A DNA stretch of 64,000 nt from Fimbriimonadaceae bacterium (GCA_046314495.1 JBKBWO010000005.1:12818-76817); one strand, 5' to 3'. Numbered from the stretch's first letter, positions 8,168-17,788 are shown. The notes: a model not told the origin generated them from the letters alone. Program-made: numbers and translations.

Positions 8168-9587
8168 GCCACAGTTGAACGTAATCGCCGCAGCACCCAT
8201 CCGTACAGGTTTGGACGCTGGAGTATCCACTGAATGTAACGGACGGATGAGATGCCATAGATAGAGCCTTGCGACGCTCGAATTGTATCGAGGCATAGTC
8301 AATCGCAAAGATATTGATGCCGATTAGCGCCAAAGTGACGGTTAGAATTGCAATTTTTGGGCGCTTCCAGGAAAGCGCAGTACCAAAAATAAGTGCAATC
8401 GATGCAATTGCCGGATACAGGTACCGGGCCTGGCCTTGGAAGTACTCGCTGTTGAACCTGATGAAGAGCAAGATGATGATCAACAGGAACACGCCGTAAA
8501 GCAAGTGCGTTCGCTGGGTTTCGGCATCGATTCCCGCTGCAGTCCCTTTGAACATCCGGAAACCCCAAACCGCCAGCGCCACAATCGCAAGGACGGCAAA
8601 GATTCTGTAGACAGCGTCGGGAAGAAAGATGTCCATGTAGCCGAACACCCCAAGGAAACTTCTGGTGGTCCACCATCCGACCCATCCAAACCAGTAGTCC
8701 ATGTGGCCGAGCTCCTGGATAAATACTTGCGCCTTCGGAGACCCTGCGAAAGCCTCATTGAACGCCCCGACAGCCAAAGGATCTCCGTATAGGTTCTGGT
8801 TTCTGGCCCACCAAGGTACCGATAGAACCAGGTACGGCGCGACCGTAGCGGCTACCACCTTCCAATTGAGCTTGGAACTTGAGATCCAAAACGCCAGCAA
8901 AATAACGGGCACCAGAGCAATAGCGCTGGTCTTGGTAAGAGACCCGAGACCGGCAAGGGACCCGATTGCGATCGCCAGAGGCACCGACCAGCCCTCCCGA
9001 ACTGCCTTGACCGTGAGCGCGAGTGTCCAGGTACAGATTGCGATCAACAGCGGGTCGTTGCTTACCGCCCCATGAAGCGCCAAAAACATGGGCAGTAGGG
9101 AAGTCGCCGCCGCCCCAGCCAGGCCGGTCCAAGCGTTTCGGGTACCCCAGAAGAGCCCAAAAAAGATCCCTGCGGTGGTAAGTGCGGCTAAGAGCGCATT
9201 GAGCCATCGCAGGCGAGAACCAGCGAGCTCTTGGACGGAATCAACGCCAACAATATTTGCGAACGCCGCAGTCAAAAAGTAGTAGAGCGGCGGTTGGTGC
9301 GCCTGGTAAGTTTCGTACAGGTCTGGTGATCCGGGCTGAAAGACAGGGACACCCTCTCCATCGAGAATGTGCTGGACATAGTTTGCGTGCTGGCGTTCAT
9401 CCGGCGCGCCGTAATCTGGCTGAACCGTCCGATTGATAATTCCAGCCTCTCGGTACGGAGTTATGGTTGCATAAGTAAGGCTGCCGACAACCACGAGCAG
9501 GCACAGTGCCAGCAGGAAACCGAACTGAAACTTGTCGGGCCCAGGGCCCCTTTCGGCGCTCGGATTGGAACCTTTATAATCACCCAT
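8151..9587 (-). CDS. Membrane glycosyltransferase, GT39/PMT_2 (ArnT-like) family
   Basis: About 12 hydrophobic segments with a first-loop acidic motif region (GAPDERQHANYVQHI). Paralogous in pattern to the gene at 2..1633. Confidence 0.8.
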   Translation of the reverse strand: MGDYKGSNPSAERGPGPDKFQFGFLLALCLLVVVGSLTYATITPYREAGIINRTVQPDYGAPDERQHANYVQHILDGEGVPVFQPGSPDLYETYQAHQPPLYYFLTAAFANIVGVDSVQELAGSRLRWLNALLAALTTAGIFFGLFWGTRNAWTGLAGAAATSLLPMFLALHGAVSNDPLLIAICTWTLALTVKAVREGWSVPLAIAIGSLAGLGSLTKTSAIALVPVILLAFWISSSKLNWKVVAATVAPYLVLSVPWWARNQNLYGDPLAVGAFNEAFAGSPKAQVFIQELGHMDYWFGWVGWWTTRSFLGVFGYMDIFLPDAVYRIFAVLAIVALAVWGFRMFKGTAAGIDAETQRTHLLYGVFLLIIILLFIRFNSEYFQGQARYLYPAIASIALIFGTALSWKRPKIAILTVTLALIGINIFAIDYASIQFERRKALSMASHPSVTFSGYSSVQTCTDGCCGDYVQLWHGLGR

Positions 9588-9643
9588 TGGAGTAAGATAA
9601 CGAAGTGGACGTCCTTTCGTGCGTCCTATCTAGAGGTGGAATC

Positions 9644-10618
9644 ATGCTTACTCAATTAGTTTCTCTCGGCGTGCTGGCGATTAACGCGTCAGCAGGATAC
9701 GTCAATTCACCCCTCGACCCGATGGTTACTGCCCTTCGCGACGCCAACGAGTTGAGGGCTGACTTTGTTTACCAGACGGTTGGAGGCCCGATTGCGAACT
9801 ACAGCATTGAGTTCTCCAGACCCAATAAGGCTCGCTTCGACACGCCAAGCGAACTCATCGTGTTCGATGGCAAGAACATGAACGTGTTCAAGAAGGACTC
9901 AAACGTGTACTACGTCAAGCCGCAAACCCAGGATGAACTCAACAAGGTCCTCGCCAGGGAAGAGTTTATGGTCTTCGGTCCGTTCTTCGGAAAGGACTTG
10001 AAGCCTGCGGTTGTTCGAGATCAGGGTGTTCAAACCCGTGGTCGAAACGAGTTCAAGGTTGTCGCGTTCCAGTTCGATGCGCGAGACGGCCTAGTCTACA
10101 CAGTTTTCCTTGACCAGGAAACTTCGCTACCTCGCCAAATGGCGCTCAGCGGAAAGGATTCAGCAGGCAACAATGTCGACCGAATTTTGACCACTCGAAC
10201 CTTCGATTCTAGCGTCAGCTCTGCAGAAGTTTTCGCCTTCCAGGCTCCGTCAGGTGCCCGAAAGGTAACCGAGGCAGAACTCAACGCTGACCGCTGGTTC
10301 AACAATTTGGACGACGCCCTTGCCGAGGCACGCTCGACGAACCGCTTGGTCTACGTTCACTTTTACGAAGATTGGTGCGGCCCGTGCAACATGATGTCTC
10401 AGCAGGTCTATCCGACCGCCGAGTTCAAGGCGATGTCGAAGGACTTCGTTTTCTGCAAGATCAAGCCGTCCGACTTTCCTGCCCAAGCACAGCGCTACAA
10501 CGTTTCCGGTATCCCGGCACTCTTCGTGCTGAACCCGAACGGTGAAGTCGTTCACTCGTGGGTTGGATTCCGACCGACCGCAGCAACGCTTACGGAGATG
10601 CGAAAGGCCCTTCAGTAG
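9644..10618 (+). CDS. Secreted LolA/LppX-like (lipoprotein-sorting fold) domain fused to a thioredoxin-like domain
   Basis: ATG 9644 is preceded by GGTGGA and followed by a signal peptide (MLTQLVSLGVLAINASA). The C-terminal thioredoxin motif YEDWCGPCNMM precedes a GIPALFVL cis-Pro region. Confidence 0.7.
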   Translation: MLTQLVSLGVLAINASAGYVNSPLDPMVTALRDANELRADFVYQTVGGPIANYSIEFSRPNKARFDTPSELIVFDGKNMNVFKKDSNVYYVKPQTQDELNKVLAREEFMVFGPFFGKDLKPAVVRDQGVQTRGRNEFKVVAFQFDARDGLVYTVFLDQETSLPRQMALSGKDSAGNNVDRILTTRTFDSSVSSAEVFAFQAPSGARKVTEAELNADRWFNNLDDALAEARSTNRLVYVHFYEDWCGPCNMMSQQVYPTAEFKAMSKDFVFCKIKPSDFPAQAQRYNVSGIPALFVLNPNGEVVHSWVGFRPTAATLTEMRKALQ

Positions 10619-10642
10619 TTGCTGATTCGTCTATCTTCATAG

Positions 10643-10675
10643 GCCGGAAGCCCTTCAAGGGCTTCCGGCTTTTTT
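10643..10675 (+). terminator. Rho-independent terminator
   Basis: Perfect 11-bp stem GCCGGAAGCCC / GGGCTTCCGGC with loop TTCAA, followed by TTTTTT. Confidence 0.85.
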
Positions 10676-10721
10676 CGTCGCAAAGTCGAGTTTCGGTAGA
10701 CTAAAACAGCGCCTGCAACGG

Positions 10722-11876
10722 GTGTCGGAGTCCCCAAAATTGGCTTCCAAGACCGCACAAAAATCTACTGAACCGATAACCATCGACGACCTTCTAAAGG
10801 ATAAACCCAGCGAGAAGCTGACCGCCGAGCAGAAGCTTGAGATGTTGGAGTTTCTCTACCTTGCCCGGTACTTTGACGTCCGGCTCATCAAAGAAAAAAA
10901 GAGAGGAAGGCTTAGAGGAACCCTGTACTCCTCTTTCAATCAGGAAGGCATCATCGTCGGGACGGTCTATGCGATTGAATCCGAAGACTGGGTGAGCCCG
11001 ATCCACCGAGACATGCCCGTTTTCTTCTTGAAGGATGCTAAAGGCGGAAGGCTGCGAGACTCAGACCGACTCGGAATGAGCATCCAGGAAGTTTGCGCGC
11101 AAGTCTGGGGAAAGGCAGATTCGCCAGGGCGAGCCCGCGACAACTGGTCGCACATCGGTTCTCGGTCGAAGAGGATTGTCCACTCGACCTCCATGCTTGC
11201 AGGCACGATTCCTGTTGCGGCCGGCGTGGTCTATGCCGACAGGCTAGATGGCGGCAACGTGGTAGCTCTCACGTACAACGGTGAGGGCTCAACCGCCCAA
11301 GGCGTTTTCCATGAGGCGATCAACTTCGCAGCAGTTCACAAGCTGCCTCTGATCACGATTGTAGAAAACAACCAGTGGGCATACGGAACGCCCGTAGAAC
11401 TAGGCTGCCCTACGCCCGACGTAGCAACGAGAGCCGCCGGCTTTGGCATCCCAGGCTTAATCGCAGACGGTCAGAACGTTTTCGATGTGTATGACAAGAC
11501 CATGGCTGCTGTGAAGTGGGCAAGAATGGGGAACGGTCCAAGCATCGTCGAATGTAAGACCTATCGCGCCTATGGCCACGGAGACCACGACGACGACCGA
11601 GCGGCGAAGTACAGACCGGGTGATGAAATTGAAGAGGGCCGAAGCAGGGACCCGATCGCGGTTGCCAAGAACATCTTGATTCGTGAAGGAATATTGACCG
11701 TGGATCAGGCGAAGGAGTTTGCCGCTGAAAACAAAGGCGCCGCAGAAGCCAGAGATACGGACTTTCCGCCGACTGTCGTCGAGTTTATGAAGGAAGGAGT
11801 TGAGTTTGCCCTCGCCTCGCCGCTTCCGGAGGCAGAAGAAGGAGCGATGTGGGTTTTCAAGGAGGATCGATCGTGA
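10722..11876 (+). CDS. 2-oxoacid (pyruvate/branched-chain) dehydrogenase E1 component, alpha subunit
   Basis: TPP-binding region GEGSTAQGVFHEAINFAAVHKLPLITIVENNQWAYGT, plus YRAYGHGDHDD. The GTG start is uncertain. Confidence 0.9.
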   Translation: MSESPKLASKTAQKSTEPITIDDLLKDKPSEKLTAEQKLEMLEFLYLARYFDVRLIKEKKRGRLRGTLYSSFNQEGIIVGTVYAIESEDWVSPIHRDMPVFFLKDAKGGRLRDSDRLGMSIQEVCAQVWGKADSPGRARDNWSHIGSRSKRIVHSTSMLAGTIPVAAGVVYADRLDGGNVVALTYNGEGSTAQGVFHEAINFAAVHKLPLITIVENNQWAYGTPVELGCPTPDVATRAAGFGIPGLIADGQNVFDVYDKTMAAVKWARMGNGPSIVECKTYRAYGHGDHDDDRAAKYRPGDEIEEGRSRDPIAVAKNILIREGILTVDQAKEFAAENKGAAEARDTDFPPTVVEFMKEGVEFALASPLPEAEEGAMWVFKEDRS

Positions 11877-12895
11877 GCGCAACAGTAGACAAGAAAACCG
11901 AAACTCAGGCGGTGCCGAAGAACTACCTTACAGCAATCAAGGAGGCGCTCTACGAAGAAATGGAGCGAAATCCCGACATGGTCATGCTCGGTGAAGATAT
12001 TGGCCTGCTTGGCGGAGCCTTCGGTGTTACCGAAGGGATGCTTGATCAATTCGGTCGCGCACGGGTGATCGATATGCCCATTAGCGAAGCCGCAATTGTT
12101 GGAGTGTCGGTAGGCATGGCACTAAACGGCAAGACCGTAGTCGCCGAAATGCAGTTCATCGACTTCATCTCGTGCGGTTTCGACCAAATTGTCAATAACC
12201 TGGCAACCTACCACTATCGAACTGCAGGTGAAGTCAATATGCCGGTGGTCATTCGGGGTCCTGCTGGCGGTTACGGTGGCGGTGCTCTGTATCACAGCCA
12301 GATGAACGAGGCATGGTTCTGCAACTCTCCTGGGTTGCAAGTGGTCTGCCCATCGACACCTTACGACGCGAAGGGTTTGATGAAGGCATCGATCCGAAGC
12401 GGCAACCCGACCGTGTTTTACGAAGTCAAGGAGCTATACCGAAAGCGAGAGCTGGACGAGGTACTCCCCGATTCAGACTACATCGTTCCTCTGGGTAAGG
12501 CAAACATCCGAAGAACGGGCACAGACCTGACTTACGTGACCTACGGTCAGAACGTGTATCACTGCCTCGAAGCGGCGGATAAGCTAGCCGAAGAGGGAAT
12601 CCAGGCAGAAGTGATCGACATTCGATCTCTAGTGCCACTGGATGAAGATACGATTCTTGCCAGTATTGCCAAAACCAACAGGCTGGTTGCGGTAAACGAA
12701 GCCCCAATGACCTGTGGCTACGCAGGCGAACTGGTGGCGCGGATCGCGGACAAAGGATTCGAGTACCTTGATGCCCCGCCAATCCGTGTGACCCGTCTCG
12801 ACACTCCTGTGCCGTGGGTGAAGCCGCTCGAATCACACGTTTTGCCTTCGGTCGAGAAGATTATAGACGCCGGTAAACGAGTCGTTCAGTTTTAG
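11873..12895 (+). CDS. 2-oxoacid dehydrogenase E1 component, beta subunit
   Basis: Typical E1-beta pattern (MGEDIGLLGGAFGVTEGMLDQFG..RVIDMPISEAAIVG). GTG 11873 overlaps the alpha-subunit stop (GTGA). Confidence 0.9.
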   Translation: MSATVDKKTETQAVPKNYLTAIKEALYEEMERNPDMVMLGEDIGLLGGAFGVTEGMLDQFGRARVIDMPISEAAIVGVSVGMALNGKTVVAEMQFIDFISCGFDQIVNNLATYHYRTAGEVNMPVVIRGPAGGYGGGALYHSQMNEAWFCNSPGLQVVCPSTPYDAKGLMKASIRSGNPTVFYEVKELYRKRELDEVLPDSDYIVPLGKANIRRTGTDLTYVTYGQNVYHCLEAADKLAEEGIQAEVIDIRSLVPLDEDTILASIAKTNRLVAVNEAPMTCGYAGELVARIADKGFEYLDAPPIRVTRLDTPVPWVKPLESHVLPSVEKIIDAGKRVVQF

Positions 12896-12898
12896 TCG

Positions 12899-13729
12899 CT
12901 AAACAGGCTCGCCGAGATACGCCTCAATGACCTTGGGGTCATTGCGTATCTGCTCGGGCTTTCCATGGGCGATTTCTTCGCCGTGGTCAAGGACAACGAT
13001 TCGCTCGCAGAGGGCCATAACGAACCGCATATCATGCTCGATGAGCAGAATGGTTTTGTCGAACTCGTCACGCAACCTTCTCACAGCAGCGAGGAGGTTT
13101 TCCGATTCGTGCGGATTCATGCCTGCAGCGGGCTCGTCTAGTAGCAGTAGGTCTGGATCAGTCGCCATCGCCCGTGCGATTTCCAGGCGGCGCTGCTTGC
13201 CATAGGGAAGATCGCCAGCTTTGGAATCGAAGTTGGCGTCGAGCCCCATGACTTCAAGCCAGTACATTGACTTCTCGCGTAGCTCCTTCGTTTCGCGGAC
13301 GGTTCCTGGGGTCAACATGAACGAGCCAAGAAGAGTGGAATGAGCGCGAAGGAATGAGCCCACCATAACATTCTCTAAGGCGGATAGTTGGGTGAACAGC
13401 CGGATATTTTGGAACGTTCTGGCGATGCCCAATTTACAGATCTTGTTGGGCTTGAGACCGTTGATTTCATGACCCTTGAACAAAACCTGGCCGCTGGTGG
13501 GTTTATAGACGCCTGTAATGAGGTTGAAGCAGGTGGTCTTGCCGGCACCGTTCGGACCGATCAGCCCAAAGAGCTCGCCCCGTTCAACGGTGAAGCTCAC
13601 GTCGTTTACCGCCGTCAGACCACCGAACCGTATGGTGGCGTTGCGCATCTCAAGCAGGCCTTCGCTCAAGTGGCTGACTCCTTTTCTACTGGCTTTTGGA
13701 TCCTGAGAACCTTTCGCAGCCATGCCCAA
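12899..13729 (-). CDS. livG: Branched-chain amino acid ABC transporter, ATP-binding protein (LivG type)
   Basis: Walker A GPNGAGKTT, LivG-type insertion, LLLDEPAAGMNP. The start is uncertain: 13729, or GTG 13678. Confidence 0.85.
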   Translation of the reverse strand: MGMAAKGSQDPKASRKGVSHLSEGLLEMRNATIRFGGLTAVNDVSFTVERGELFGLIGPNGAGKTTCFNLITGVYKPTSGQVLFKGHEINGLKPNKICKLGIARTFQNIRLFTQLSALENVMVGSFLRAHSTLLGSFMLTPGTVRETKELREKSMYWLEVMGLDANFDSKAGDLPYGKQRRLEIARAMATDPDLLLLDEPAAGMNPHESENLLAAVRRLRDEFDKTILLIEHDMRFVMALCERIVVLDHGEEIAHGKPEQIRNDPKVIEAYLGEPV

Positions 13730-14862
13730 GAGAACTCGTGGTGCGCCATAACGCCCTGGGGCCGCAACATCATCAGAACGATGAGGGTAACCGCAAAAAT
13801 CAGCATTCTCAGCTTGCCGGGCTCATAGGTCGTTTCCCGCATTATGGGGATAAATGACAGAGCGTTAGCCAGCAATACGGCGGCTAGAATGCCCCCGATC
13901 CAGTAGATGGCGTACCGCTTTCGCCTCTCTGGTTTGGCGAGGCTCTCCTGACTCTCGGTCTTCTTGGTCAGAGCAACTGCGGCAATCAGCGAGATGAAGA
14001 CCGCCGCCAGGGTGGCGCCGCTCACCGGCGGAAGGTTTCTGAGCTGTTCAGGTAGTGCGAAGAGAACAATCGCTGCGAGAGTTGCGCCTGTGATCGAACC
14101 GCTGCCCCCGAGCACGACCATCGTGAGGATGATGAAGCTCTGGTCCATCGCGAATGTCATCGGGGTGATAAAGCTCTCGTAGTGAGCCAACATTCCGCCG
14201 GCTGCGCCGGCGAAAGCTGAGCCAACAATGAACGCCGTTACCTTAACCCGTGTCGTTGGAACGCCCATGGCTTGAGCGGCGACCTCATCTTCACGCACGG
14301 CAAGGAACGTCAATCCTCTGGCACTTTGAAGAAGATTTCGGCTACAGGCGATGGTGACAAATGCCAACAGCCAGACCAACCAGATGTAGTTTTCCTGGAA
14401 CGGGACGTTCATCCCGTACGAGCCACCCAGCCACTCGGAGTTCTGAACGAATATTCGGACGATCTCACCAAAAGCGAGGGTAACGATGGCGAGATAGTCT
14501 CCGCGCAGGCGCAGGGAGGGTAGACCCACCAGAAACCCGGCTATGGACGCACCTATAGCTCCGCCTATGCAAACCAGTATCAGCCACAAGAGAGGAGGCA
14601 GATTAGCTTGCTGAATGAACGTGTTGGTCAGAAAGCCGCTGGTGTAGGCACCGACCATGTAAAACGCAGCGTGGCCGATAGAGAATTGGCCAGTAATTCC
14701 ATTGATCAGATTGAGGCTGACCGCCAAAGTAACGTAGATGCCCGCGAGAACCACCAGACGACGTGAATAGTCGTCTAGGGTCTGGCGAGCCAGAAACTCG
14801 ATGAGAAAGGCGCCAGCAATGGCCGCCAAGATCGAGCCGATACGAACAGCCCAGAACTTCAA
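13666..14862 (-). CDS. livM: Branched-chain amino acid ABC transporter permease (LivM type)
   Basis: Polytopic membrane protein with the LivM pattern (GQFSIGHAAFYMVGAY, RGLTFLAVREDEVAAQAMG). The start overlaps the livH stop. Confidence 0.85.
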   Translation of the reverse strand: MKFWAVRIGSILAAIAGAFLIEFLARQTLDDYSRRLVVLAGIYVTLAVSLNLINGITGQFSIGHAAFYMVGAYTSGFLTNTFIQQANLPPLLWLILVCIGGAIGASIAGFLVGLPSLRLRGDYLAIVTLAFGEIVRIFVQNSEWLGGSYGMNVPFQENYIWLVWLLAFVTIACSRNLLQSARGLTFLAVREDEVAAQAMGVPTTRVKVTAFIVGSAFAGAAGGMLAHYESFITPMTFAMDQSFIILTMVVLGGSGSITGATLAAIVLFALPEQLRNLPPVSGATLAAVFISLIAAVALTKKTESQESLAKPERRKRYAIYWIGGILAAVLLANALSFIPIMRETTYEPGKLRMLIFAVTLIVLMMLRPQGVMAHHEFSWAWLRKVLRIQKPVEKESAT

Positions 14863-16019
14863 ACCTTCTCCACCGCATTGGAGCCCATAAGACCACCAGG
14901 TTTAAACAGAAGGACAACGATGAGGATGACCAGCGCAATCGCGTCTCGATAAGAACTCAGGCCGACCCAGACCACCATCGTCTCGGCGATTCCCATCACC
15001 AACCCGCCAAGTACAGCACCAGGGATGCTTCCGATGCCACCCAATACGGCAGCAACAAACGCTTTGACCCCAGGTTGCACCCCGACAAACGTGGTTAATG
15101 GCGTCCCGATGAACGTAGCTGTCATCATCGCTGCGGCACCGGCAAGCGCAGAGCCGATGATGAATGTCAACGTGATGATTTTGTTTACGTTGATGCCCAT
15201 TAGCGACGCACTGTCGAAATCTTGGGCGACTGCGCGCATCGCCCTGCCTGCAGAGGTGCGCTGCACGAGCTGCCTTAGAAGCAGCATGAGCACAATTGCC
15301 GTGCCCAGCATGAGGAGCTGACCTTGGGGAATTCGAATGGTCAGGGCGTCGAAATCGACTTCGCGTTGGGCGGCTTCTGCTTCCCGGCGGGTTCTAATGG
15401 TAACTAGTTCTTGGTCGGCGAGTTCCTCTGCGTTGACATCAACGGCTGATGGTGCCGTCATTGCCGCAAGCTGGTCGTTGTTGGTTGTGTAGATCTGCTG
15501 AGCGACCTGTAGTTGCTCGAGCAGTTCGCTGCTCGCGGGCCGAATCTGAATGTTGATCGCCGACTGGAACGGATTAACGTTCTCGTTGATGCTTGGAGGA
15601 GGGCTGTTCGGGAGGAACAGGGCACCAGCGTATTGCAGGAACAACGACACGCCTATGGCAGTGATGAGAACCGAGATTCTGGGTTGATTTCTGATGGGCC
15701 GGTAGGCAAACCGGTCAATCAGCATTCCCAAGATTGCGCACACCAGCATCGATCCCAAGAGCATCACGCCGATGTAAATGACCGTGTTGGCAGGCGAACT
15801 CTGCGTCCCGGGACCAAAGCCCATCAGCCATGAGATGAACAGCGCGATGTATGCACCGAACATGTAAACCTCTCCATGGGCGAAGTTGATCAGACGGAGA
15901 ACGCCATACACCATGGTGTATCCCAGCGCGATCAAAGCATAGATCGCACCGATCAAGATTCCGTTGATCAGCTGCTGTGGAAGCGTGTTGAGATCAAATG
16001 TCAGTTGAGCAAGCATCAT
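14859..16019 (-). CDS. livH: Branched-chain amino acid ABC transporter permease (LivH type) with an extra soluble insertion
   Basis: LivH pattern (INGILIGAIYALIALGYTMVYGVLRLINFAHGE, GRAMRAVAQDFDSASLMGI). 386 aa versus about 300 aa typical. Confidence 0.85.
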   Translation of the reverse strand: MMLAQLTFDLNTLPQQLINGILIGAIYALIALGYTMVYGVLRLINFAHGEVYMFGAYIALFISWLMGFGPGTQSSPANTVIYIGVMLLGSMLVCAILGMLIDRFAYRPIRNQPRISVLITAIGVSLFLQYAGALFLPNSPPPSINENVNPFQSAINIQIRPASSELLEQLQVAQQIYTTNNDQLAAMTAPSAVDVNAEELADQELVTIRTRREAEAAQREVDFDALTIRIPQGQLLMLGTAIVLMLLLRQLVQRTSAGRAMRAVAQDFDSASLMGINVNKIITLTFIIGSALAGAAAMMTATFIGTPLTTFVGVQPGVKAFVAAVLGGIGSIPGAVLGGLVMGIAETMVVWVGLSSYRDAIALVILIVVLLFKPGGLMGSNAVEKV

Positions 16020-16127
16020 CCGTGACGCAGCGGCAGCAAGGTCGCAAGGTTTCGTGCCTGAAAAGCATGCCCGAACGTGAACCCAACATTAGCATCGCCC
16101 GAATTGTCTACCCGATGAAGCATGGCT

Positions 16128-17717
16128 TCAGTTTCGCGGGTTGAAAATTAGGGGTCCGCCGAGTTCGATTACGGCATCGGAAAGGGCATCGACTGTACCC
16201 ATCGTTGCCGGAGGCAAAGTTACGCCCTCACCCGTGAGTCGTTGAAAAGCTCTAGCCGCTTCAACGTTTGCCCAGTTTATGAAGTGGGCAGCGGCTGCCG
16301 CTCCAAGATCACCTGTCCTCTTGGCGCGTGCATTGACTGACTGCTCTGCGTACATCAGCATCAATAGGTCGGAGATTGCGCCGACTTGCGGCTGCTCCAG
16401 GCATCCAGTGCGAACGGCCTTCACCGCTAAATCTGCGATAAAGGTGTCTGCCAGCCCGTCGAGGCTGGCTCGGCCAGCTGCTGCACGCTTGAACAGCCGA
16501 TCAGCCATGAACAGCCGGTTGATTTCGTTTGTCCCTTCATAAATCCTGCTGACTCGGGCATCGCGGAAGCTTCGCGCAGCCGGAAACTCTTCGGTAAAGC
16601 CGTAGCCGCCGTAGATCTGCAGTGATTCATCGACGATCATCGCCTGCGCCTCGGTAGCGAACACCTTGCACGCGCTACATTCCACAGCAAATTCTTCTGC
16701 TGCGAGTCGAGGCTCTTCGATCGATTCGAATCCTTTGTCGATCAGCGCTCCGGTTCGGTAAATCATCGCTTCTGCCGCGAAGAACCGTGCGGCCATATCC
16801 GCCACTTTCTGCCGGAGAAGTCCGAAAGAAATCACCGGCTGGCCGAATTGCTTTCGGTCTCTGCCGTAGGCGACACCCTGTTCGAATGCCAGCCTCGCGC
16901 TGCCGAGCGACATCGCGGCAAGCTTGAACCTGCCGAGGTTCAGGGAATTGAACGCTACTTGATGCCCTTTGCCCTCTTGGTGAAGGAGATTCTCGACCGG
17001 AATGCGGACTTTATCCATCGAAATCCGTGCGGTTGATGAACCCTTAAGCCCGAGCTTGTGTTCTTCTCGCTCAACGGTCAAGCCTGGGCGGTCTCTCTCA
17101 ACCAAGAATCCAGAAAATCGCTCCCCATCGACTTTGGCAAACACCATGAAGAGTTCTGCCCACTTGGCGTTAGAAATCCACATCTTGGTGCCTTCGAGCA
17201 CGTATTCATCACCGACACGGTCAGCTCGGGTAGTTGCCGATAATGCGTCTGAACCGCTGTTGGGCTCGCTCAGGGCATAAGCTCCGATGATCTCGCCGCT
17301 GGTTAATGCCGGCAAAAACTTCTTCTTCTGCTCCTCCGTTCCGAACAGTACGATCCCGAACTGGGCTATCCCTCCGGTGATTCCGATCGTCACCGAAAAA
17401 GATGCATCTAGGCTGAGATACTCCAGCATTCTCGCCGCGATGTTCTTTCCTAGCCCGAGACCGCCAAAGTCTTCGGGAGCATCGGGACCACAGAAACCCA
17501 GTTGTCCTGCCTGTCGGATGAGTTCGGGAACGAGTCCATCTTCTTGTTTCTCGATCCGTTCTGAGTTGGGAAGAACTTCTTTTCGCGAGAAGTTCTCCGC
17601 CATCTGAATCATGAGAAGCTCGTCTGAAGAAAACTGTTCAGGCGTGAAGATTTCGGAGGCAGTTTGCGAGAAAAATGCGCACCCCGAGTCCGCCAGTTGA
17701 GTAGATGTCACCGACAT
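16128..17717 (-). CDS. Acyl-CoA dehydrogenase (long form, about 529 aa)
   Basis: ACAD N/M/C-domain pattern (YALSEPNSGSDA, KMWISNA, QIYGGYGFTEEFP, RIYEGTNEINR) plus a C-terminal extension. Confidence 0.9.
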   Translation of the reverse strand: MSVTSTQLADSGCAFFSQTASEIFTPEQFSSDELLMIQMAENFSRKEVLPNSERIEKQEDGLVPELIRQAGQLGFCGPDAPEDFGGLGLGKNIAARMLEYLSLDASFSVTIGITGGIAQFGIVLFGTEEQKKKFLPALTSGEIIGAYALSEPNSGSDALSATTRADRVGDEYVLEGTKMWISNAKWAELFMVFAKVDGERFSGFLVERDRPGLTVEREEHKLGLKGSSTARISMDKVRIPVENLLHQEGKGHQVAFNSLNLGRFKLAAMSLGSARLAFEQGVAYGRDRKQFGQPVISFGLLRQKVADMAARFFAAEAMIYRTGALIDKGFESIEEPRLAAEEFAVECSACKVFATEAQAMIVDESLQIYGGYGFTEEFPAARSFRDARVSRIYEGTNEINRLFMADRLFKRAAAGRASLDGLADTFIADLAVKAVRTGCLEQPQVGAISDLLMLMYAEQSVNARAKRTGDLGAAAAAHFINWANVEAARAFQRLTGEGVTLPPATMGTVDALSDAVIELGGPLIFNPRN

Positions 17718-17788
17718 AATGCAAGACCTGCTGGGCTCAGCAGGCAGTAGTTTATCCTACGGCTGGTGCTGCGCCAACATCTGCTGAG

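Noticed and set aside
9588-9643. ECF-type promoter (GGAAC...CGTT) upstream of the GT39-sigma operon
   Set aside because: A CGTT lies 11 nt before the ATG, and two AGGACG repeats lie upstream. However, the spacing (7 or 20 nt) does not fit the 16-17 nt ECF spacer, so I do not call it.
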